NCBI RefSeq assembly: GCF_000143415.4
Contig: NW_003314361.1
Coordinates: 372,001 to 436,000, forward strand
Length of the DNA: 64,000 nucleotides
Direction of reading: 5' to 3'
Source of the DNA: Selaginella moellendorffii
Lineage: Eukaryota > Plantae > Lycopodiophyta
Shown piece after piece: positions 49,269 to 64,000 of this stretch; within the stretch, counting starts at the first letter, position 1; each line of letters begins with the position of its first letter. Position numbers and translations under genes: made by a program. The notes beneath the pieces are model-generated. The model saw nothing but the letters and a program-made list of their open reading frames with translations. It was not told the DNA's origin and made no database searches.

Positions 49269-50578
49269 CTAGCGCGAGTAATCGTCCTTATCGTTGACAT
49301 AGTCCACCACTGACGAATCCAAGCTACACTCCTCGGCGCTGAGTGGCGATAGCTGCTTGAGCTTCCTCTTGAGGTTGTGCTTGTGCCAATCGCTCTTGTA
49401 GTGCTCGCGGAACTCCTTGGGATCGCCAATCACGGCATCGCAAGTCAAGCATCTCTTGCCCGGATCGGAGGTAGCAGCAGGAGGAGGACGTGAGTTGTTT
49501 GATCCAGTCCCTTCTGATAGCTGCGAATCCTTGAGACCCGACGTAAGAGCTTGGATCCTCTCGGCTTGATTTGCTGCCGGTTCGTCGGCTTCGTCTTCTT
49601 CATCGTCGTCTTTGTGCACGGCCATGGAAACCACGTCCAGCTTCCCGCAGCACTCTCGGATGAGCGCGTCGCACGCACGAAAATGGCCCGGCTCGACTCG
49701 ACAAACCTGGGATGAAAGAGATTCAAGAGTCTCTGTCCGAGAAACCAAGAAAGATAAAAGCTCGCTCACCACAATGAAAGCTTCGTCCGCCTCATCCCGG
49801 CTCTCCATCTTCGCTTGAAAATCAGCCAGTCCCTCCAGAAGTTTCTCCCGATGCTTGGTTGACACGGAGAGCTTGAGGCGCATCAACGCTCTTGTGATCG
49901 GGAAATGCGATTGTAGCTCCCTGATAAGCTCCAAAGCCTGGCAAAACCACGAAAGTAAGAACCAAGAAACTGAAGAACATCCATCGCCGATACCTGCTTC
50001 TTCGAGGATCTGTTTGGATCAACAGCAAAGTGAACTTCACGCATGAAACGCTCGATCATACTTATCGTGAATGGCCGCTCGGTCTCTGGGTTTAGCGTCT
50101 TGTCCATGACAATCCCCGCGATATCTCGAAACTGGCTGGAGAGCTGGACCTCTCTCTCTTTCCCAGCGACTTGGAGCTCTCCTTTCTCCAGAATCTAGCG
50201 CAAGAAGAAACTTTGAACCAATTCCGATGAATCGATCGAATTCCATTACCTCGAGGCAAATCTTTTCCTCGTCCGCCGTCCCAAATGCCTCGACCAGCTC
50301 CTTGGATTTGGCCAGAATCCCCTTGGAAACATTGCAGTAGACCGTGTGCGTCTGGAGAACCTCGTCAATATCCTTCTCGCTGCCCGGACAACAAAAACCC
50401 GCGGCTCAAAACACCACACAAATGCCAGGAACTCCTCCACTTACACTCTGGATCGCCACGACAGGACCTTGTTCTTGTAGCACGCGATCTCGAATCTCTT
50501 GCCGTGCTTCTTCAATCGCACCACCGCCACATTCGTGAGGCGCTTCTGCCCCACCGGCTGCACCAGAGTCCGCGACAT
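49269..50578 (-). CDS. SBDS: Ribosome maturation factor SBDS with the plant C-terminal C2H2 zinc finger
   Basis: [57 protein letters not shown]...[16 protein letters not shown]. Confidence 0.95.
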
Positions 50579-50672
50579 CGCCCAAAAACCCTAAAAATAC
50601 CCTAGTTTCGAATATTCCTTAGAATTAAAGGTTTAATAGGTTTTCCAAGAAGTTGGCCAAAATTGGGGTTTA

Positions 50673-52907
50673 ATGATGTTGGATGCATGGCAGAGAACGC
50701 TGGAAGCATGGTGGGCCGGTGTGCGAGAGCTGGGCGCGGACGCATACGAAGCGGGCAAAGTGTTGGATCTGTCGGTGCCTGTGGAGATAAAAGAGGTGAG
50801 AGGCCCAGACGAGAGAATCAAGAGGCTCCTGGTGAGGAGAGATTTCGATTCCCTGTACAGATCAGTCCTTGTTGGAAGGCCCGGGAGCTGGCTGGTTCAC
50901 CTCACTGGGAATCCGGGGATTGGCAAGTCTGCCTTTCTCTGGTACTTCATCATCCGATACGCCATCGACATGGGGAAGAGACCGTTTGTGCTCGTCTATC
51001 AGTCGGGCAATTACGTTTGGAGTTTCGACTCAAACGGGGAAGTTGAGCTGACTCCCAAATCCCAGTTCCAGGCGACATCTCTCCGTCCCGCAAAGTGGCA
51101 CTTGATCAATCATAAGATTGAGCCGAGCGACGCTCTGGGCAAAAGGGTGCTGGTTGCAGCATCTCCAGATCCCGCCAACGTAAAGAATGCTTATCCAGAC
51201 AGACACCTCGCTATAGTCTACTTGTATCCTTGGGATAGAGACGAGTTCGACGCCTTGGTTAAGCTCTGGGAGGAGGAAGCTAGCCAGTTGGAGAAGCGAG
51301 CTAGCCAGCTCGAGATGCAGCAGTCTTGTGAGCTCCAGGGCTGCTCTTTGGAGGAAACGGACAACATGATGGAAGATGAGCTCAAGAACACTTACGAGGT
51401 TCAAGAGAGAGAAGGAGACGATGCAGACGATAAGATGATCGCAGAAAACCTGAGAGAAGAGGCAAGGCTGATCCGCATTCGCGTCGGGGTAGCAGACACT
51501 TACTACAAGTGGTTTGGTGGAGTCCCTCGTAAGCTTTGGCAGATTGAGCCGAGGCTGCTGACCGATATTGAACTGGAAAGGTTCGTGGATACGGCGCTCT
51601 TTAAGACGGATGTTCGAGCAATAGCTGCTGGAGCAGAATCTGATGATATCTCATGGATGCTGCTACACCTCAAAAGACCTCAAGCCGCTGGTTACAAGTA
51701 CCTCATCGATTTTGCATCGCCGAAGATCAAGTACAAGTTCACTTCAAGCATCCCAACTGCAAACCGTCATGACCTGATCGTGTTGCTGGACTCCACAGAT
51801 CCCGGACTTGGTGCTCTTGGCGGTTTCCTGTTTGAACAGGACGTTGTGGCAAAGGTTCTTCAGTCGCCCATCAGCGCTGTTCTTATGGTGAGTTGTGCTT
51901 TCTTTCCCGTTTGTCTCTGACCACCGTGTTACAGGTCGACGATAAGCATTGCACTAAATGCAATTCGCGGATGGACTGCGGGGAAGGCCCTGTCAACTGG
52001 ATCGCGTGTGGCGTATGCAAAAAATGGTATCATTATCTGTGCGTCCTCGAGACAGCTCCAGTGCCGCTGAAGTGGCGATGCGCTTCATGCGAGGGAAAAC
52101 CAGGTGACGAGGTCTTAACAACAACACGGAGGCTTCGACTGAGATACTATAGGGGTGATCTGAAAGAGGCTCTTTTCAATGCTGGTAAGCATATTTGATA
52201 ATAGACAAGATTTTAGCTTAACATTTCTATACTGCAGGTGCCCATGCTGTTAATTACGTATGGAGGCCACTGAGGAAGAAAAATGGCAGCTACGACTTTG
52301 CCATTCTCCCTGGAACTTTGGGGCAGGCTACCACAGCTAAGTATCATCCGGTTCCGTTTGAAGCGATTAAAGGCGGACTGGCTGCCTTGGAGGCCTGGAA
52401 CAAGGAATACAACAAGGAAGCCTACCCTGAGAGGTTCCTACTTTCGTTCTTCCTTTCGAGGGACAATTATCCAGATTTCGGCTACCAGAGCTATCGGAAC
52501 AAGCAGCACCGCGTATCAAACAAGGGAGTGAGAGGTACTTAAGCATTGGTTTCCCTGTGGTTTTTGCCTTGTTTGTGTTTAACCGGCTGGAATGTGCAGG
52601 AATTATGCAAGCTAAGGTTCTCATACAGACTCTTGGTGATGAGCAGTCGCAGTTATGTGCAGATATTCCCGAGCCAGAAGATAGCGTAGAAAAGCTTGAC
52701 GAGTTGGCGTTTGAGCCCATAGACTTCCAAGCCATGACGATGGAGCAGCTCAGGACGATGGCGCGTGAAAACGGCCTTAGTGGCTACTCTTCTATGAGGA
52801 GACAGCAACTGATGGAGAAGTTGGAGGCCCTAGTGATCGTTGACGAGGATGAAGACCTTGAGTTTGAAAGTCAGTATTATTCGCGAGTTGGTGCTCTTGT
52901 TTCTTAA
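50673..52907 (+). CDS. Crinkler/RHS-type protein: P-loop NTPase + PHD finger + restriction-endonuclease-fold domain + C-terminal HeH (Rho_N/SAP-like); exons 50673-51887, 51935-52184, 52238-52534, 52600-52907; about 689 aa
   Basis: LTGNPGIGKSAFLWY, VLVAASP, YLYPW, FGGVPR, SWMLLH, FASP, GFLFE; C4HC3 PHD; WRP..KNGSYD...QATTAKYHP; MTMEQLRTMARENGLSGYSSMRRQQLMEKL. Three GT-AG introns give one uninterrupted frame (2070 nt). Confidence 0.82.
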
Positions 52908-53109
52908 GTTGTCTACTCGGCATAAGAAAAACTATGCCTCGACTCAAGCTTGGAGATTGTAGTGTTTAGGAGATTTTTCATCACCATCATTACACTTAAT
53001 CACTGATTTGTGCGTAGCCTAAACCGGGTTCAATCTTAAAATCAAGAATATACTTTGATCTTATACCGTCAGTTCCAAAAAAGCGACGGACCCTATCACT
53101 CCCTATCGA

Positions 53110-53673
53110 CGGCCAAATCCAAACTACACTATGAGGTTGCTTGAACTGTAGTGCTCGTGTAACTCTTTGGGATTGCCGACCGTGGCATCTCAAGTCAGGC
53201 ATCTCTTGCCTGGATCGGAGGTAGCCTGAGCAGCAGTATGATAGCTGTGAGTCTTTTGAGACTCGACGTAAGAGCTTGGATCCTCTCGGCTTGATTTGCT
53301 GCTGGTCCGTCGGTTTCGTCTTCTTAATCGTCGTCTTTGTGCACGGGCATGGAAACCATGTAGCACAAGAAACGTCAAAAAATCAACGACTATTCCCGAT
53401 GAATCGATCGAATTCCACTACCTCGAGACAAATCTTTTACTCGTTCGCCGTCCCAAATGCCTGGACCAGCACATTGCAGTATACCGTCCCTGCTCGGAAA
53501 AAACGACTCAAACACCGCCCAAATGCCAGGAATTCCTCGACTTACACTCTGGATCGCCACGACAAGACCTTGTTCTTGATCTCAAATCTCTTGCCGTGCC
53601 TCTTCAATGGCACCATTAGTGAATCGTGAGCGCTTCTGCCGACAGAGCGCGCGAAAACCTCCCCAAAACCCTA
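53110..53673 (-). pseudogene. Decayed, internally deleted duplicate of SBDS
   Basis: Colinear matches to 49310-49640 and 50195-50594, including [10 protein letters not shown], intron remnants and the AAACCCTA box; the middle ~550 bp are missing. Confidence 0.85.
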
Positions 53674-53834
53674 GATAAACCCGATTCGAAGCATATGCTT
53701 CCACCGTTTGAAAGTTTCAAACTCCACTGTAGTTATTGTATACAGGATAGATCAAACTGTACAGTGCTTTTGTTTCGAGTGTGGTCAATCTCTTCGCTAA
53801 GAAAGAACAATTATATGACACGAAATGGAGAAGA

Positions 53835-55787
<1,953 letters not shown>

Positions 55788-55955
55788 AAGGAAAATTTTC
55801 TCACAAGCCCTAACCCTGGCTATGGCGGACGCCGTCAATAGGGCTCCGCTTGTGGGGCGCTGACGTGGGGCGATCAAGGCCGTCGGATTTAACCCCATGG
55901 GGTTTAAGGGGATATATCACTGGATATTCCGCTCTCCAAAATCCAAGCTAGGCCA

Positions 55956-58027
55956 ATGAGGGCGGCGATGAATGGCGCCCACAAGCTCTCGCTGGAAGAG
56001 GTGAGATTTCTTCCATCGATCGTGCCCAGGCGCTGAGGGCTTCTAGATTCCCAGGCGCAAACGTCGTGGTTCGTGCGCCAGGGCGGCGATTGCTCGGCCG
56101 TTCGCATTGGGGAATCGGCATGCGGCAGGCAAGGATTGGATTGATTCTCTCGATGCGATCTTGCGGCAATCGTGGTTCGTGGCAGGGGATTGTTTGCTGC
56201 TCGGTCGATTCGCGCTGGAGAGCAGATTGTGCGAATTCCTCATGAGCTGGTAAGCAAAATAAGCTCTAGTTTTAGTTTAGCTGATAGAAACCATGGAAAG
56301 CACCAATGCAGGTGCTCACGGCCGAGAAACTAGACGATTGTGTGAAGAAGTTACTATCGACAGAGTATGATTGGTGTCCTCTGACGCTTCTCATCCTTGC
56401 GGAGCAACACAAAGGAGAGGTCTGCGATCTTTTCTCTCTATCATATAGTTCTTTGTGATCGTCTTGGTCACTCGTCTTCTTTTCACGATTCTTTTCTTAT
56501 CAGGCTTCTAGATGGGCTCCATACGTTTCTTGTCTTCCATCATTTGGGGATCACCACTCTACTGTAAGATCGTCAATTTTTCTTTGCTATCTTTCCATCA
56601 GCTTTTTTTGTGTGTGTACTTTCAGATTTTCTGGGGGAAGGAGGAATTGAAATTCTTGGAGTGTACCCGTGCTTTCCGTGGAACAGCCGAGCGGCGTGAA
56701 ATGATCTCGGACGAGTACAATTCAGTGAAGGATGTAACGACTGTTGCGTGTTTTTTGCGAGAACGTTCACGCAGCTAAGTGGCATGACTTCGTGCAGGTT
56801 ATAAGCTCGTGTCCTCACGTATTTGGCGAAGATATCTCGCTTTTCCAGTTTGCGCATGCGTATGCTACTGGTAAGCTTTTTTCGTAGAGGTTGCTTCTTT
56901 TGCAAAGCTAGGAGTCTGGTTTTTAACGCCTTTGTTTTTCCGTTCAGTCGTTTCACGAGCTTGGAATGGTGCTCTTTCCAGCGAAATCTCCATGAGGCCT
57001 TTTGTGGACTTCTGCAACCACGATCCAGTTTCTCACGCAACGGTGTCACACGACACTTGCAAGGATGCGACAGTCGTAAGCATGAGCTTCTAATGAAAAT
57101 CGAAGGCTTTAGCAACTTGCCTGACAGATTATTGCCGAGCGCGATTACACAAAAGGCGAAGAGGCGAGTGAGCAAATGCATTTTGAGTTTCATAACTTCT
57201 TACGAGATGCTTTTTTAGGTTTTTATCAGTTATGGCAAGCGCTCCAACGCTGTACTTGCAGTAGACTACGGTTTTGTGCTTCCTAACAATTTGAGTGATC
57301 AGGTAGAACTTTGGTTGTTTTCCCTTCTTAAAGCTAATGCTCCAGGCCGAGCTTTGGATGGAAATTCCATGGAACGATCCACTTCGCGAAAAAAAGCTTG
57401 AACTTATGAGGGCATTCAATATGCCAACCTTGCAGAATGCTGATGGAACGGAGAGTGGTGAATTGCCAGTCATCTTGGAGTAGTTTCAATAGTTTTCCAC
57501 GTATGTTTGCTCTGACGGTTAATTCTCTAGGGAGGTTTTGGACTCAGCGGACTGGGAAGACGGGGTTGTACTCCCTCAAGCCCGTGCATTTTCGCGTATT
57601 ATTTGCTTGGATTCCTTGGAAGGTTTTATTTTTCTTTCTGCATTTCTTGCAAGGTGTTCTAACCTCATAACTCTTTGCAGACATAGAATCAATGATCCAA
57701 GAATCCGATACGCTTCAAGCTCCATTAGCATACCAGCCAAGAAAGGACGTGGCGAAGGAAACCCGGGCAATGAATTTCTTGCTGGAGATGATCCAGGAAA
57801 GCATCACGTCACACGAGCAGGCATTGCTGGTAAGATCACGACTGGAAGTTTTCATATCCCAGCAGGCATTTTGTTTTGCCTTGTAGATGCTGCAGTCGGC
57901 CCCCGACCACATAAACAAAATCCGCCGAGGAATGGCTGAAGCTGTTCTTGATGGTGAGCTCCGAGTTCTAGAAAACTCTAGAGGCTGGCTCAAAGATTGT
58001 CTTCCAAATGGACAAGAGCAAGTATAG
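55956..58027 (+). CDS. SET-domain protein lysine methyltransferase, Rubisco LSMT-like, many short exons
   Basis: Spliced reading SWFVRQGG...GRGLFAARSIRAGEQIVRIPHELVLT, LLILAEQHKGEASRWAPYVSCLP, IFWGKEEL, SRAW...MRPFVDFCNH. Exact exon boundaries are partly inferred. Confidence 0.78.
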
Positions 58028-58154
58028 GGGAGCATGGTTTATTGATAGGCTGGAGTTGTAGATATTGATGGAAGTGTGCTTCATGTGGCATGTCCAATTT
58101 GGATAGATAGATTTTTCCTAACCTTGAATGTTAGATAACACTTCCTATTTATTA

Positions 58155-61100
58155 TTTATTAGGGATTTAGTCCTTGCAACCTTATTTAATGCACTTATAA
58201 GATTAAACACCACTTTTTGGTGTCAACCTTATTTAATGCACTTATAAGATTAAACACCACTTTTTGGTGTTTTTGAATGTTTAGGTATCTCAAATGATGT
58301 TTTTTTTACAATAAACATTTCTTTTTATGACATTGATTCCTTATATTGTAATATAAACAATTTATCCTCCCAAATGATATATTTAACTTTTTTTTCCCAA
58401 TAAAAAATTTTAGGAAGTTAACTTTCACCAATCCAATTAATTATGTCACATCTTTTGCTTAATTATTTTATAGTTGTCAAGTCCTACCACTGATTGCTAA
58501 TGCTTTCATATTTTCATTAATATTTGGGTCAATGCATTTAAATTGTATACCTTATAACTTAAACTATACCAATCCCATTTTCATTGAGATTCCATTGTCA
58601 AAGGGTTTTAATGAACTAATCAACTTAACCTCAAAACAACACACTTTGGAATGTTTAATATGTCCACACTATTGTATTTATGAGCTTACTTTTACAACAC
58701 TTCCTACTTCCCACTTGTGTTTAAGTCTTTGTCAAGACAATAGTAATTGTTTTTTATGCTAAATATCAGTTAACAATACAATCTAATACTCACATACAAC
58801 TCTTCACCAAAGTTGTTTTCCACGACTTTAGTATAACACCTTCTACCATCAATGAAATACCCATTATTTTCATATTTGGATTTTATGACCGTCCCAGTCT
58901 TTTATAAGGTACAACACACTTTAGTCCACATATTCCTAGTAATCCTTTAGGACCATTCCTTGACTCCACCGAATCATTTAACTTTTTGGACTTATTAATC
59001 CAACAACCCATAAGGTTTAAGCTTTATGGCTCTTTTTTGGTTTCACCTTGTTAGAATACAATTTCATGTATTGATGTTCTATTCATAAGGATTATCTTTA
59101 AAAGTGTTTCTTTAACATTTGATTTTTTTTGTTCCACATAAATTACCTTTACCCCCTAGAAGAACTATCCTTCCATACGATGAAAACATTGACTCATCCT
59201 TTGAGCACACCTTTGGGTGTTTCGGCCTTTATTAAAGGTAGCTCCAACCACCATTTCAAGGACATATATCTTTATTCACATTTGACCTCTCATAATTATT
59301 AACTTTAGTCTTAAATTTATGAGCACCATCCTCAACCATATGAAGATAATTTTGTGACTCCTTTATTGTCTTGGAGTCTCTATTATTTCCTGTGATCTTA
59401 TAATTACTACAACCATATTAGTCAGTTTGTTATATCAAACACTTATATGGATTATATCCTCAACTCCTTGAGGAAAGCTTTCTATTGTTCCCAAGATCCT
59501 AAAATCATTCCCTTATTAGCTCCTTTCTATCCACCACATTATTTATATGTTCATGTATGAACTAAAGTGGAGAGTCATGCCCTGTTGATATGCTACTCTT
59601 TAAGGATAGACCCATTTCTGGAACCTTTTGATGCTAATATCAAATGGTGATATACTTGACCACCAATAAAAGTTGGATTAAAGAACAACTTCGATACCAA
59701 GTTGTGAGTGACTAAATTTTCCATTCTTCTTTAATGACTTAATCACACCTTAACCACTTGAATGAGTTTACTCATGACTTCCATAAGTCTTATTCCCAAC
59801 TTAGGCGTGTACTAGCCCCATAAATGACATCTATGCCACACAATTTTTGCATTTAGTCCAAGTGCTCCACATGTCCAATCTCATTATAGACACCCAAAGG
59901 TATTACTAATATATCAGTATATTATGTTAAAGCCATATTCATTTACCCTTGTTTTATTGGTAGTCCAAAACCACCCATACCATACCTTTATCTTTCAAAG
60001 GCTAGGCCATCTGTCTATGAGTGATCATCTTAGATCCACTTCTTAGCATCTTTAAAATGCTTGAAGACATAGGAAATAACCTTTCCTAATATCCTTTTTT
60101 TGGTCCCCATCAAATCCTTCTTCGTTCACAGCCATGTTTACCAATACTGCCATTGAATTAGAACCAGTAAACCCAACCATTATGTCCTATTGACCTTTTG
60201 GGCTTCCTTGTCGCATGACTACATCCTTGGTCATTATATAAGAGAATTGCTCACTTTCCTTTCCATAGTGTAGGATTTTAGGACAACATTTTGAAACATT
60301 GCGGCCTTACATAAACCTTGTGGGTACTCTCTCCACCTTCTACCTTTGGGTGCCCTAGCTATGTGGCTACAGCGAGGTTCTAATGAACCACGCCGGTCCA
60401 TCTCAAGCCCATTTTGGCTTTATTTCGAATTTATTCTTAAACTCCATCTCGGACTTCTTTTTAGACTTTATCTCAAATTCCATCTTAGACTCCTTTTTGG
60501 ATTCCTTCTTGGAGTCCTTTTTGATACTTCTATGTGTTATGACACTCACCATGTATTAGTCCTTCTTGTGTCCCTTTTAGAGACTCATTCACTAATTGCT
60601 TTATGCTTATTCCTTGAGTATTTTGTTTAGAGTTCCACTCCCATTCTCAACTTTCCAGAGCTTTTTATCCAAATATGTGACACTTGTTGGACTTCCATTT
60701 TGACGATTACTATGAGGCACCATTTTGGCTCCACTTTAGGGCTTAGGGATTTATGTCTTATAGATATCTCTACATTTTTTACCATGTCTTAATAAGTATT
60801 CTTAGGGATGAAATTTGCTTGATAATTTAGGGAGTGGTTCCTCAATCTAGATATGCTCACTTTATAATCCCACACATTGGGATTAGTGTTGCTACTCATA
60901 GGCCTTTGTATACCCGTCATTATCCTTACCAAAGTCTTTTTAGCTTTGTCCAATTCGGATAGATAAACTTCTTTTGTCTTTACAACCTTGGCCATTAGAT
61001 AACACATTTTATCCATTTTTTCATTAGGGATTTAGTCCCTTGGGCTTTATCCAATGCCCTCATGATACCAAACACCACTTCTTGTGTGTTTTAGAGTGCT

Positions 61101-62340
61101 TAGGTGTCCTGATGATGGCTTTATTTGATAATGAGCATTTTCTTTTACAACATTGTTTTATTATATCGTAACATAAGCCATTTATTTCCCAAGGGATATA
61201 TCTAACCTCTTTCTTATCCAACCAAAGAGTCTCAGGAAGTTAGCTCCAAGAAATTATTCTAAACCTTTTTTTAGTTGCTTTATAGTTACTATGTTTTACA
61301 ACTCATTGCCAGTGCTTCCACATCTCCATCATTATTGGGTCAATACATTTGAATCACATGCCTTTCAGCTTAGGCTATGTCTATCCCATTTCTATTGGGA
61401 TTCTTTTGGCAAGAGGTCAACCAACTTAACTTCAAGGCATCACACCTTGGAACATATGGTGTTCCCACACCATCAGCTATAAAAGCCTATTCACATGTCC
61501 TATTTACAAAGACCATCTTTGAAAGTGTTGCTCTGACATTTAATTATCCTTTATTTTATAGGTTATTTTTGCCCTTTAGAACTATCCTTCCATACAATGA
61601 GAACATTGACTCATCCTTTGAGCACATACTTGAATTCCTTGGGTTGTTCTAGCCTTTATTAAAGGTAGCCTTATTTCAAGGATACATGTCCTCATCCACA
61701 TTTGACCTTTCACAATTATTAATTTTAGTCTCAAGTTCATGAACACCATCCTCAACTATATAAGGATAATTCTGTGACTCATTTATTGTCTCGGAGTCTT
61801 TATCTTTCTTGTGATCCCAATAATAAGTGTTTACTACAACCACATTAATTAGTTTCCTAAGTCAAACACTTATATGGATCACATCCTCAACTTTCTAAGG
61901 AAAACCTTCTACTGTTGTAAAAATCCTAAAGTCATTCCCCTTATTAGCCCCTTTCTATCGATCATATTGCCTACACATTCATGTATAAATTGAGTTATGC
62001 TCTCTTGACATACTACTCTTTGAGTATAGACCCATTTCTAGGACCTTTTGATATCAATATCAAGTGGTGATATACTTAACCACCAATAATAATCGAACTA
62101 AAAAACAGTTCTGATACTAAATTATAAGCAATTAATTTTTCCATTCTACTTTAGCCACTTAACCACACCTTTGACCATTTGGAAGATCTCACTTATGACC
62201 TCCATAAGTCCTACTCCCTACTTGGGAACTTGTTAGCCCCGTGAATGACATTTATGCCATTTAGCCTTTGCACTTGGTCTAAATGCTCCATGTATCCAAT
62301 CTCATGATAGACATCCTAAAGGTACTACTAACATATTAGG
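58155..62340 (-). mobile_element. Heavily decayed tandem LTR-retrotransposon relics related to element B (two gag-PBS-LTR units)
   Basis: PBS remnants tcgatacca (59691-59699) and tgatacta (~62112) followed by B-like LTR starts. Decayed hexamer array at ~60420-60520. 58155-58420 matches 61020-61250 and 59070-59940 matches 61490-62340. Confidence 0.65.
58177..58270. repeat. Perfect 47-bp tandem duplication
   Basis: caaccttatttaatgcacttataagattaaacaccactttttggtgt occurs twice. Confidence 0.9.
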
Positions 62341-63540
62341 CAATTACTTTAAGGTTATAAGGTATTTGGTAGACATGGTAAGTTATCATTCAATAATATT
62401 GAGGGATTAGTTTCAATACGCCACTCAATAGCTAGTGCAAGACACAATGAGACAGGAACTCCATATTGGGTTAAGTTTGCTTAACTAATAGCACGTAGGA
62501 ATTTCGTCCTTATACTTGTTTGGTTTAAGTATACTCAAAATGTCCAATTAGCTCCACTAGCACAAAGGGATCCAACTGTATTGACCTCCTGCCATTATGG
62601 CAATAAGGAAAGAGTTTTTATAAAGATTGGCCAATAAATATCTTTCAATACTTGAAGTCACATTTATGACACTCTCCCCCCCTTAGGGAAGATCGACGTC
62701 CTCGTCAATGCATACATGAGTCTAGCAAACCATCAAGGAAACAACTCTGAAAGTTAGCGGAAAACACGCTATATGGGAAACACACCAACTTAAATGAGTT
62801 CTACCTCTCCTCTACATCCAAAGATGTTAAAACTTAAACACCCTTTGGCTGTCACTGATAAGAAAATGACTAACGAAGTTAATTAGTTGCTTTAAATACC
62901 ACTTAACTTACAAAGGAATGATACATCCCTAGCCATAGGGACATAGGGAGAGAGTTAGAGGCCCAACTTCCCCTGAGCAAGAAATCAAGCCTATTGGAAA
63001 GATTTAGACAACTATTATAAACTGGCAGATGAAGTTATTTACAAAAGCACTCCCTTTTTTAATAATGAGTCAACGAAAGACTCATTATTTCTCTAGTTTC
63101 AACTTTATATTTAGGTTCACTGTCCACAACTTTTGGTGGCAGACAAATCTCCCCTTGGCATGCAACATTCATAGTGTAAGGAGCCCATAAATTGGCATGA
63201 AATACATTATGAATATTGGACATTTCCACAAGAAGATTCAACTAATAGGATATATCACCAATTCGTTTCAAAACCCTATAGGGCCTAACATATCTTAGTA
63301 ACAGCTTTTGAGAGGTGTGGCTTTTGAGAAGATAGTGACACCTGATCTCCCACTTGATAGGATACATCCCGACAATGCCAATCCATATCACGTCAATACC
63401 TATGTTGAGCTTTGCCTATTGCCTTAGTAGCTCTAGACGAACTATGGCATAGTTGCTCTACATAAGTCTCAACAGTTAAGATCAACACTTCAGACATTGG
63501 TTTCAGTACAACAATTTGTTGATCTTGGTTTGAGACTTTG
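62340..63540 (-). mobile_element. 3' remnant of another gypsy chromovirus (IN C-terminus/chromodomain, PPT, probable LTR)
   Basis: IHNVFHANL, GPYRV-like codons, LPPKVVDSEPKYKVE; PPT ctctccccccc at ~62672. Confidence 0.55.
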
Positions 63541-64000
63541 CGCGGAGCTGCAGCAGTTAAAGCAACAAAGGGACCTTATACATTACATTAATGTGTTTGC
63601 TTAGAAGCACATTATGATTGCAAATATGAGTGGCAAAGATGCTTGAAGTTATTTCTTAGAGAGTTAAGTTCACTTTCTTGTAATGAGATTTTGAAGTTTA
63701 AGCTGAAAACATACTTGAAGTATAAGGAGGCAGCACAACAAGTTGGCTTTAGTCAGTCTTTCATGGAACAATATCAACAGTCGTATGCTGGTACCTCGGA
63801 CAAAAATAAGAATTCTGGGAATAAACAAGGTGATCGAAAACAGAGGGTGAAAGGAAGGTTCTGCCTTGGAGGCTCACAATCAATAGTTAACAAAGGTGGT
63901 GGTGGTTGGAGACCACTAGCAACTTCTTTTGGTCCTAGGCCCTCTGTTCCTCCTTCTGGTAGGTACAAGCAGTAGCAACTTGTGAAACCTGCTCTTAGCG

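Noticed and set aside
63643-63975. 110-aa ORF at the window end
   Set aside because: Possibly a gag-like relic, but no diagnostic motif and context is cut off by the window edge.

Overview
Compact, intron-rich plant nuclear DNA. Introns are mostly 44-76 nt, gene density is high, a PLS-class PPR gene is present, and GC-rich genes alternate with very AT-rich islands. This profile best fits a lycophyte such as Selaginella, which is an inference from these features only. Host genes, in order: KLCR/TPR protein, SYP1 syntaxin, RCCR/ACD2, LRR-III receptor kinase, DUF538, PPR, a small TM protein, a bacterial-type LysM protein, RopGEF, threonyl-tRNA synthetase, bulb-type lectin fusion genes, isovaleryl-CoA dehydrogenase, SBDS, a trihelix-UMP kinase fusion and an LSMT-like SET methyltransferase. 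Positions 5197-17428 hold a nested LTR-retrotransposon stack. An old Ty3/gypsy element carries two later insertions. One is a very young 5S-rRNA-bearing Cassandra TRIM. The other is a young RT-less chromovirus whose integrase is split by two small GT-AG introns and whose termini, PBS and PPT closely match the Cassandra. Positions ~31245-47095 are a tandem segmental duplication (ThrRS plus lectin island) containing a 453-nt assembly gap. The most unusual gene is an intact 4-exon Crinkler/RHS-type P-loop NTPase + PHD finger + restriction-endonuclease-fold + HeH protein (50673-52907), sitting between SBDS and a decayed SBDS duplicate. The right end of the window is decayed retroelement DNA.
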